Shown in pieces: positions 53,939 to 64,000 of a DNA stretch of 64,000 bases. A program made the translations under genes and the position numbers. Numbering within the stretch: the stretch's first letter is position 1; each line of letters begins with the position of its first letter. Below the pieces are notes generated by a model, which was not told the DNA's origin, ran no database searches, and was given only the letters and a program-made list of their open reading frames with translations. Source of the DNA: Chrysomallon squamiferum (taxonomy: Eukaryota; Animalia; Mollusca); the NCBI GenBank assembly GCA_012295275.1, contig CM022678.1, forward strand, positions 2,046,001 to 2,110,000, given 5' to 3'.

Positions 53939-55715
53939 GACAGAACATTTTTAAAAATTATAATAATAATAATTAAACAAAAATCTAAAGGAAGATATAA
54001 ATATGCACGTTCGAATACCTTTCTAGCATTACTTGATCGCGCGTACTATTAGATTTACTCTTTCAGTATGGAAATTAAGGTTGCCAAGTCCATTCTCGCG
54101 TTGTCCCGAGGGAACGAGATTTTGCGGAATTATTAAAATTACGGCTGCGTGACACTTACAAATTGGTACGTTTTAATGTGTTGACACGTCTATGCATATC
54201 AGCTATGACGTACTTGGGGCCGGTTTGAAAAATGTTTTCTAAAAGACAATGCAACCATTCAGTTGGGGTTGAAAGATAACATTAAAGTATTTTTTTGGGA
54301 GGGAGTTGTCCATTTTTAAATTAATTAATTTCCTAATATCTACCTCATAAGACCGCTTAATTTCCATGAAGTCGCTTATAGCATTAACAATGCGTCAAGA
54401 CAGCTTGTATCAAATATAAATAGTGCGTCATGTTTTTATTTGAGTCCGGCAATGCAGTCATTGTCTGAACAGTCATACATAGGGGAAACAGGATGAATGA
54501 ACTATTTTAAAGATATTTAGTCTTTTCACCCAAACCTTCACAGCTGTTGATTGGAAAATATGTTGATGCATTATTGCTCTCGATTACGATAAAGAGTTTG
54601 ATAGTTGTCTTCAATAACATCGTTATGGGAGACCCTTGTGTGAAAGAGTCGTGAGGAACCAGTGGGCCCCACCCGTTCAGATCCTATGGGTCATGATCTC
54701 AAACAGTGAAACTAGCTAGAAACAGCACACATTTTTTTTATTCTTTCTTTTTTTTTTCTTCTTCTTTTCATTTTATTCTGTCATAAATTTCATCTGAGAT
54801 GCTCATACTGTAATAAACTGAGGGGTGAATTACATTTTTAACACGTTCACCTGTCTGTGACGTATTGTGCTACTGACTCAGTCTCCGTGGCTTCAGTGTA
54901 GTTTCAAGAGTCCTAAACTTATGCTGAATCTTATTCAAGAATGAAACCAATCTAAACTGCCACTGAATTGTACGATTCCCTTTTGTCTTTTGGTGATTTG
55001 CTTAGCAGGTTTAGCAAGGACACTCAAAAAACAAATCTGTCTCAGCTGAGCTTATTTCTTCCTGGACAGGCTCAGTGAATGCACGTGACATTCGTGTGCT
55101 TGCTGAGAAAAGACCTATGTCTTTCTTCCGTTCTTTCATTCTAGGCCTTTTTTGTTTTGTTTTTTTAATACCGGATACAGCACTCTAGTCTAACCTGGAG
55201 AAAAGTAATACCAGTAAGTAACTATCTATCAGATAACATTCACACACACACACATACATATATACATACATATATATATATTCCTTTTAAACTCAGTGGG
55301 GTCCAGTGACGTATGATGTCAGACCTCACAGAAAACAGCTCATTGGTCCCCAGATCCACTTTGATTACGTCAGCGCAGCTGATTAGAACCACGTGACTGA
55401 TCGACTAAAACTGTATTTAGAAGTCAAAAGAAATTACTAAAAAAAAAAATCACAAACCTTTACAGGATGTATTATCACCTCAATGCTAACCAAAACACAA
55501 AGACATTACTAAAGCTAACTGGTGTGTTGTCACGGTGACCAGTCTGACTGGTATTACTACCTAAAATTTGGCTCGTCCCGTCTAAAGGGTAGCAGACTAT
55601 AATAGCGTCACGTGATAAAGTGTTAATTATCTGAGACCGCTTAAACTACTAAATGACTAATCTTTATCCACTAGAGAACAATAACACAAACAAGAATTCA
55701 GTATGGATAATCGTT

Positions 55716-55752
<37 letters not shown>

Positions 55753-56918
55753 ATGTATGTAGTTTATACAAATTAACGCTAAAGGGTAATATGTACGATT
55801 CGACGATAAGTTATCAAAGCAAATAGCGTTGACAAATAATACAAAACTAATTCAGACCAGTTGGTTACTTGATCTTCCTAAATACTTTTTTTAATTATTA
55901 AAATACGTTAACCTTGTATTATAAATGTAAGTACCGTACCACAGAATAACACCATACAAATTGAACAGTAATAGATTTAGCTATCTTAAATCATTCAATA
56001 TGTATGTTACGCATACAAAACATTAAAACATATTTACCATGCATGCCCACAAAGACGCTCAAGAAGGGCACCGATCAAAGAAATCCCGTTCAAAAGGCGC
56101 GTGACTACTTATACACCCATCTCTCGGGTGTTCAATCTACACCTCTGCAGATAGCCTTTCTGAATTTACTTTGCAGCTTTTAATGCCAATTCTGAGTTTG
56201 TTAAGCCCCAGTGTTTCTTAGTTTATTAAATATAATTACGTAATACATCTTCTGAATAGCACAAGTACGTCTGCATACACTCTGCTATTTAGTTTTTGTG
56301 TATTTACCCCCATTTTCTGTCATTAATTAGGTAAACAGTTAAGAACTGTAAAAATATAAATTACAAACATGATTATTCAAGATAGCTAAATAAATATTAC
56401 CGTAATATAATAAGGTATTTGAGATAACAAGTGACAGACATTCTGCTTTACGTGGACATATAAAGATAAGATTTTGTGAATATTCTATAATTCACTAAAA
56501 AGAAAAACTAAACTACAATTTAAAAAAAGCCTGGCCAAGAGGCACTAATGAGGTTCCGTTACGCGTGTTAATGGCCTGTTTCAAAGCTTTCTAAACAATA
56601 TGGGTGAAGGTCACATGTATAGTCGTAGCTGCAGTTGATGGTGGATAGATGTCACAACCATTTTGCAATGACGAGTTTATGGGGTGATTCAAAGATCGGT
56701 CCCCAGTTTTCCCTGGAACAAATCCTAGTGACTGTTTTACACAAACAACAACTACTACAACTACGATGTTACTTCTTGTTTGTTGTCATAATAGCTGTTG
56801 ATAGAGTATTGTGGTCTGTTAACCTTTGTTTAATTATTTAAATACTGTTATTATTGTTGTTGTTATTATTTCTGTTATTGTTATTGTTGTTGTTGTTGTT
56901 AACATAAAGGGTTTGTTG

Positions 56919-58792
56919 TTATCTTAAAATATATTTGAAAATTTTTCCATTTCTATTTGCGACGTAAATTGTTTTGTGAGAACAACAGATGACTTCAGGT
57001 GTCCACTTGTTACAAGTTATGACGTCACCGATTACGTCACCGTTACCCGACAACTGAACAATGCACTTTCTTTTATCATCACAGACATAGATAGAACCGT
57101 CTACGTCACAAGCAACGCTCTTTATATGACCCAGTCGCGTCGAGTCACGTGTCACCCAGCTGAGTTCGCCTGACAACGTCACACTTTTTAGCGCGTTTTC
57201 CTCCCCAGCTACAATCAAATGGTCATCACTGATAACGAGAAACTCCAAATCCTTGACCAAATGGCTGGACACTGACTGGACAAAGACACCGTTCCGGTCG
57301 AGAATGTCCACACTTTCATGCCAGACAGTGACAACCAGACGACAGTCAGGCAGCACCGCAATGTGAAAATAACTTTTTTCAGTCTTTAACGTTTCCGCCT
57401 CCCGGAATCCATTTTGAACATCGAAGCAGATTATCTGTCTGCTTTGTGGAAGGGTGACCAGAAGTCTGTGGTCAGGTGATCTGGCCAGTCCGAAAGGTGG
57501 GAAGGACAACTCTTTTTCGCAAACTAGCTGGGTCGACTGGCTGCTAAAACATTTGATTTTCTTGTTGCTGAAATCGGAGACGATTATTTCGTCTGACTCT
57601 AAAGCGAGAAGAGATTTCAGAGCAGGTTTCGACTGGTCGGAAGATGTCTTTGTCTCGATTGCTAAAGTACGTTCTGGTCTGTTCGGCTTTTTGTCCACAC
57701 ACGCGTCCATTGCTGGTTCTGATGTCAAATTTCGTTTCGCCGAGTTTCTGTGAAAATCCGGAAACTCAATGCTTCCAACATCAGCTTCAAAACATTCATC
57801 ATTCGTTCTTTGGCGTCTTGAAAACCGAATTCTCAGATCAGTGGCTGGAATTATCGACGTATCAGACGTGAAAAACACTGGCGTCTTTTCTTGATACGTT
57901 TTCAGTGTTCTTATCTTGTTTTCGATGTCGCTATTCGATCCCGTTTGCTGGAGATTTATCGCACTTCTGCACTCGTTTACAAATTGCGCGTGTTCTGTAA
58001 ACAACTCCACCACGTGCTTTCTGGCGGACTGTTGATATTTTTCTAATTCTTTTATCAGCTCGTCACGTTTTTTTCGCACCGCTGAGGAAAATTCGCTGAT
58101 AATGTCGTCTGCCGCTGTGACAATCTCCTGCATCGTCTGAACAACACTGACGTGAAGCTCGTTGTGTAATTTGTTTATCGCGTCATCAGCTTTGTGCTGA
58201 ATGACGTCACATACCGAACTCAGACTGTCCGAAACGGAGAGAAGTTCCCGTTCATTGTCGACTCCTGGAAAAATCAAATATTTATTTTAATAATTTCATT
58301 TATTTATTTATTTATTTATTTATTTATTTTCTACTTGATTTATTATTTTCAAAGAAAAAAAAAACAACTAAAATACAGATTTAAATAAATATATAAATAA
58401 GCGAGAAAATAAAATAAAATAAAATACAACAAATAAATAAATAAATATTATACATTCGATTCTTCTACTAAATTCTACTTTAGCTTTTAACATTTTCACT
58501 CTCATTTCGACATGGGCTCACTTTGTTTCAGTCCTTTGAATGCTTCGATGGCGTCTGCAAGAGCAATATTTCGCGGGAACTGGTCAGCAGACGAAAGGAT
58601 AGAATCTGATATTGGTGTGTGTTTTCTGCAGATCGGACAAGGAAAGCCGTTGTTGTTGTAGCTGGTGTTGATGTGACTCTGCAGACATTCCTGACAGAAG
58701 GTGTGGGAACACGAAAGATATCGGGGATCCGTGAACATATCGTGACAGATTACGCAAGAAATTAGATCCTCTTCTTTGTTATAACCGGCCAT
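56919..58792 (-). CDS. TRIM-like E3 ubiquitin ligase: C3HC4 RING, coiled coil, NHL-like beta-propeller; 538 aa; no B-box
   Basis: complement(join(56919..58264,58522..58792)). Donor A|GTGAGC and acceptor CCAG|GA are both phase 1. RING: CVICHDMFTDPRYLSCSHTFCQECL...FPCPICR. Helical middle region. C-terminal repeats IIVSDFSNKKIKCF, PFGLA and VACDVDGSIYVCD. An acceptor 1 nt before the ATG implies an upstream 5' UTR exon. Confidence 0.85.
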
Positions 58793-59250
58793 TCTATGAA
58801 CAAATAATACACTGACGTCATAATGATGTCAAATATGTTGTATATAAAGTAATAGCATGTGACGTCATAGCACGAGCCAGTTCTGACCTATGAAAATTTG
58901 TGACATATATGACATACGTTTTTATGAATACACTCACACACATATACACACACTAAAATGCAAACAGAAAAACAAAATACATGAATATACATACACGCAC
59001 ATATACACAGACGCATACATACATATAAACATATATGCATATAGATATACATACACATGAATATATATGCAAACATGTGGTGTGTGTATGTAGTTGTGCA
59101 TGGTAAACTGGAATACGGAATGTTATCTTTGTGAAGAAGTGTGTATGACGTCATGGTTCTCTGTGTATGTGTGTAGTGATTTTCTGAAGCAAATGTATGT
59201 ATAGTGATGGTAATGGTGATGATGATAGCGGAGTTATGTGCACATATCTG

Positions 59251-59281
<31 letters not shown>

Positions 59282-59692
59282 GTGTGAATGTATTTTTTAT
59301 GTGTAACGTGTATTTGTATGTGCATATTATTTATGTATAACAGTATTTTATTTTATTTTATTTTATTTGATAAAATAATAAAAGTTAAAACAAATAAAAA
59401 TAAAATAAAATAAAAATAAAATGAAATAAAATAAAATAAAAATCAACGAAAATAAAACAGGTGCAAAAACGCCTATCTGGTGATTACGATGGTGGAGAGT
59501 ACCAGTCTACGAATCTACATCGTTGTGTATCGGATATTATGTTACATGTATCTTCCTGATTGTGATCGACCTGACAAAAACAAACCAAATAATCCACGTC
59601 TATTTAAAATTGTTGTGATAGTAATTTTAATGCTGATGGTGATTAAATTACGTTATGCTAACGTTATCCGAAATCAAAATAAAACAGTTTAC

Positions 59693-60394
59693 CAACCTAA
59701 TATTTTGACATTTGATTCTGCGTCGTACACGTCACGTCCCGTTAATGTAATCAATACTGTTAGTGGCGGACGAGTACACTCGTTATGCAGGGGTGAAAAT
59801 GGCGGATGTGTTGGAGGAAATATTATTTATGATAAAAATAATTTCAGCTTCATTTGATATAAAATATTTGGTTATTTTTACCCAAACACTAATCTATCCT
59901 ATGCAGCTGTTTATTTTAATGCAAAGCATACTTCGAGGTATTACTGTTAATGGTGCTGTCAGCTGAATAAACCTTTTTATTTTTATTTTTATTTAATTTT
60001 TATTTTTTCTTCTTCTTCTTCCTCACCCAGCCTTTTATTTCTTTCTTTCTTTTTTCCCTGCAGATTATTATTTATTTATTTATTTATTTATTTATTGATC
60101 TCCTATTATCAGTCATTAAATATATTTAAAGACCGTAAGGTAACAAAAAAAGAAATTTGCAGATGTCAAAAACTTCTTTTTTAAGCATCTATTATGAACA
60201 TGTTATTTATAAAATTATTTGTTTTAATGCCTGTAGCTCTCATAGACTGAAACATGCAATATTATCATTGTCGTTTACGAAATGTTACAGAGATACATCG
60301 AGATTGTTCACGTAATCCATGGATTTTTATGCTAAAAAATTAAAGATTTATAAGGTGAAATATTTTAATATTTCGGCCATTAATTTATTTTTTC

Positions 60395-60439
<45 letters not shown>

Positions 60440-60668
60440 TTTAACAATAAATATATGGGGGGGTTGGCGTTTATTTTTTATTTATATTTTTATTTATATT
60501 TTTATAGTTTTTAATTGTAAAATCGTTAACACAGTCGATGGAACAGATGCATAATGAAAAGCGTAAGGAGAGAAATGTTCAGTGTTACCCTGATTTCCTT
60601 TTGTCGGTTGCGCATAGATCATGACAAAGCAGTGATCATAGACCAGACCGAGTACCTGTTGTAGCAAC
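59693..60668. promoter_or_regulatory. Divergent promoter interval between the TRIM-like gene and TCP1
   Basis: Head-to-head genes. YY1-like AAAATGGCGG at 59796-59805. A candidate minus-strand 5' UTR exon ends at donor G|GTAAAC (59692). Confidence 0.45.
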
Positions 60669-61156
60669 ATGGCGAACATCGAAAAGGCTTTGACTGTTGG
60701 TGGTGATAGAACAACTGGGCAGTCAGTTCGAACGCAAAATGGTAGATCATATTATTACCGTTGCATTTAAGAAAAAAAGAGTTCAATTCAAATACTTTCT
60801 CAAAAGTGTACTTTCTGATAAATGTGAAAGTTCATTTTCGGCTTTCAGTTGTCGCGTTAGACCCACGTGTTTTCTCCATTTTTCAGTTTTTCTGGAATGT
60901 TCCGAGAAATATTTTGAAATTTTTTATCACGTTATGCATCAAAAATTGACTGAAAGAAAATCAGACATTTAATACAAGTTTTAGGAAACAATTCTGATTT
61001 AGAGGATGGTTATTAAAAAAAATAATAATAAAAAAAATAAGTAAATGAATTTCGTGCCCAGTAAAATTATGTTTCTTTGTATTTCTGTCCCATTGACTAT
61101 TGAGCATTCAATTTCTGTTAAATGAGAAATACCAAAAAACGCAAAATATAGAACTG

Positions 61157-61200
<44 letters not shown>

Positions 61201-62400
61201 GTCTATATGATATTATTTTTATTTTTATATTTTTTTTTTTTTTTAGTCATAAATCAACAAGTTAGTTGCTAGGAAAGGTAAATGTGTTTTAATTAATACT
61301 TGAAATCTAGAACTTAAGAAGATAATAATAAAAGAAACGTCTTCATTGCAGTGTTGGCAGCAAGTTCCATTGCGAACATTGTTAAGAGCAGCCTGGGACC
61401 AGTCGGCCTGGACAAGATGCTTGTTGATGATATTGGGGTAAATATTTCAAAATTCTGTTTAATGCGCAAATCAGTAAATTCAAACCCCAGAAATCTCAAA
61501 ACAAATAAGACCTAGGAAGCACCTTTACAATGATAACCAGATCATGTGAATATGTTGAATATTAAGGAAGTAACAGTATTTTGAAATGCCATATTTTCAT
61601 CCAGCTAAAGTCTATTTAGGACAACAGATAATATAAAATAGTTCTTGTCAATGCATCTATCCCTGAAATATTTCATTTTCCAATGAAGTCATTTTTAAAA
61701 AACGACAAAACAGCATGCATTTTGCAAGAGAAACTTGTTTTTTAAAATTGTTTTTGACTTACTTTTTGTGTGAATAAGGAACTGACAGCATGTGGTAAAT
61801 GATGCTGGGTGGAAATTGTTTTCAAAAGCAATTTTAGTATCATAACTTATTTTTTTATTCTATTTATTTATTTATTTATAATTTAATATCTCTTTTGTTG
61901 TTAGTCAGGGTATTTTTGTGGTATTTTTTCCTCACTTTCAGAATGGTAACATTGCGACTGTTTAGTATTTTTTCAGATGTTAGTTTTTAGTTGTGATATT
62001 CATTTTATTTTATCCATGCTTAAAACATTGTTTGAAATATAAAAAAAACAATCAATTAAACTGTTAATTATCAACTATTTAGTTTTTTTTTTAAATGTGT
62101 TCCTAGCTTAATTTATCTGTTTAAAATGCATGTCTAGCTAATTTATGAGTTAAAAATGTATTGCTAGCTTAGTTTGTTCAGATGTTGCTAACTTAATTTA
62201 TGTGTTAAAATGTGTTGCTAGCTTAGTTTGTGTGTTTAAGATATACTCCTTGCATGTAAATATTCTTGTAGGATGTAACTATAACAAATGATGGGGCCAC
62301 CATTCTTAAGCTGTTGGAAGTGGACCATCCTGCAGCCAAAGTCCTCGTAGAGCTGGCAGAGCTGCAGGACCAGGAGGTGGGAGATGGAACAACCAGTGTG
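60669..62400 (+). CDS. TCP1: T-complex protein 1 subunit alpha (CCT1), first three coding exons; gene continues beyond the window
   Basis: join(60669..60741,61352..61437,62272..62400). Translates [96 protein letters not shown], the CCT-alpha signature. GT-AG junctions. Confidence 0.96.
62090..62240. repeat. Degenerate minisatellite with a unit of about 30 bp in TCP1 intron 2
   Basis: TTAAAATGTGTTGCTAGCTTAATTTATGTG-like units. Confidence 0.65.
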
Positions 62401-63410
62401 GTGAGTCGGTTGTAGTTTTTTATTTATTATTAAGTTTTTAATATTTTACATGACACAGAAAAACCTTGCCCAGGATGCGCGCTGCCTTGGAGCAAGCAAC
62501 TTACACAGATGTAAGTTTTCTCTTTATTTCACTTCTGCTGTGTGTACTTTCTGAAAAGGATTGTGGTCACACCTGTCTAAAAACATGAGAGATTTCATCA
62601 GTTTTCGCTGGGGAGCTGTCGTCACAACTTGGGTAGAATGTAGGATGATTGTTCTGCAGTCAGCCATAGTTTCGTGTACGTTGTGATGGAGTGTGTCAAG
62701 GGTGGACTGATATGTGATGTAATGTTTTTTAATTGTTTGATGAGGGGGGGAAAAAAAAAAAAAAAAAAACTTCAACTCTGCTCTTTAGTCTGGTTTCCTA
62801 ATGCAGCAACACATGCATTAAAAAGAAGAGAGAAAAAATATCAGGAAATACTTAAGGGAAAAAAAAAAAAAACCATTTGTTTTAAGTGGGAGTTGTTTTA
62901 ATTTTTCAAGAATTTTGTTTTGCAGCCAAACTTTTGTTTGCTTGTTAAAGTAATTGCCATATTAGATTCAGTAACTCAAGTCCAAAGGTTTTACCCAAAT
63001 TTGTTACTTTTTCTAATCAGTATTAGTTGTATAGTAAAAGAAATAACATTTCTGTTTTATATTAATTTTTTTTTTTTTACATGTTTATGGTGTTTGAGAG
63101 GAGGAAGTAATTTGTAAATTAAAGTTTGTTACTGATAATACAGTTGTTACAAAGTCCTTGTTGGACATTTTTGTAACTTCTGTGCATGACAGAAGTGTTC
63201 AGTTACTAGGGTAAGAGAATTTAATTTTAGGATTTTTAAGTAGATTTATTGTTGATTCTTAATTTTTAACTTGAAAACAATCATGAAAATTTTAATGTAT
63301 TTCTAGAACATCAGAATCGTATCATGATTTGTATCCATAATTAAACTTTTCTTTATATTTGAAATAAATATTAGTATTTTTTTATACCTTCTTGTGGTGT
63401 ATTTGTTTTG

Positions 63411-63542
63411 TTCCTACCCATTTGACATGTTGCAGGTTTGAATGCTGTAACATGTAGATACAGTAGGATAAATAAAAACTCAGCAGTGACGTGCTTTTTA
63501 TCTGAAACCAGTTTTCTGCTAATATTCTGTTACTGCACAAGT
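63411..63542 (+). ncRNA. Box H/ACA snoRNA candidate in TCP1 intron 3
   Basis: Hairpin 1: TCCTAC/GTAGGA lower stem, 7x7 pocket CCATTTG/AGATACA, ACATGTTGCAG/CTGTAACATGT upper stem. H box AAATAA at 63470-63475, 14 nt from the top of the pocket. Hairpin 2 is closed by GCAGTGAC/GTTACTGC, followed by ACA at 63537-63539 and 3 nt. Length about 132 nt. Confidence 0.75.
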
Positions 63543-64000
63543 TGTGTTTTATTTGTGAGTAATTGTTAAGATCTAGCTCTCTGAGTTTAGTCGTAGATAA
63601 AGGCTGGTGTTGTGTGACACAGCAGTGATGGTAAAACTTTATTTTTACTTGAAGATAAAATTCTGAAAATTATACAGTTGTAACTTTCATAAACTTTCAC
63701 TAGTTGGTGGTTTTTTTGTATGTGTGTCTTTCTATTTTCTTTTTACTTTCTTTTTCTTGCTTCCTTTATGCTTCTTGTTAAGTGTCTGTTTAATTTTATA
63801 CCTGTTTTTTCCTCCAACCCACCCTGCATCTTTTTAATGTTTTTATTGTTTATGTAAACCTTCTTGTCTTTGACCCTCATTTCCATCACATTTGGCACAT
63901 AGCTAGTTATCTGTTTGTATGAGAGAAAGAAGAAAAAGCAAGAGAGAGAGAGAGAGAGAGACTGAGATTTTTGATTTTGATTGACCGGTACTAATGCAGT

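Noticed and set aside
58502-58521. Apparent stop after the RING domain suggesting a RING-only protein or pseudogene
   Set aside because: The stop lies in the intron. A phase-matched GTGAGC donor at 58521 joins the RING to the downstream exon.
62460-62700. Further hairpins in TCP1 intron 3 as a second snoRNA
   Set aside because: Hairpins exist (for example CTTGCCCAGG...CCTTGGAGCAAG), but I found no correctly placed H and ACA boxes or C and D boxes.

Overview
AT-rich, microsatellite-dense animal genomic DNA. It is most likely a mollusc or other lophotrochozoan, inferred from gene content and repeat style. I built spliced models by hand from GT-AG junctions and reading-frame phase. In order: (1) two convergent SDR16C (RDHE2/RDH10-like) dehydrogenase paralogues with the same six-exon layout, the second carrying a 1-nt homopolymer frameshift; (2) a PRDM10/15-like PR-SET gene with about 25 zinc fingers and AT-hooks, also with a homopolymer frameshift near its C-terminus; (3) two recently duplicated NNMT/INMT/PNMT-family methyltransferases whose differences cluster in the predicted substrate pocket; (4) a 99-aa secreted precursor: signal peptide, 8-Cys domain, then KR-GSWN-KR, close to the octopus tetrapeptide GSWD (Ocp-3); (5) a 17-kb CRE-rich non-coding region upstream of it; (6) a RING/coiled-coil/NHL-like TRIM-type gene lacking B-boxes; (7) head-to-head with it, the first three exons of TCP1 (CCT-alpha), whose third intron holds a well-formed box H/ACA snoRNA candidate. 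Also present are a TA-flanked MITE and several minisatellites, two of which amplify splice sites. Most short ORFs in the supplied track are microsatellite artefacts.
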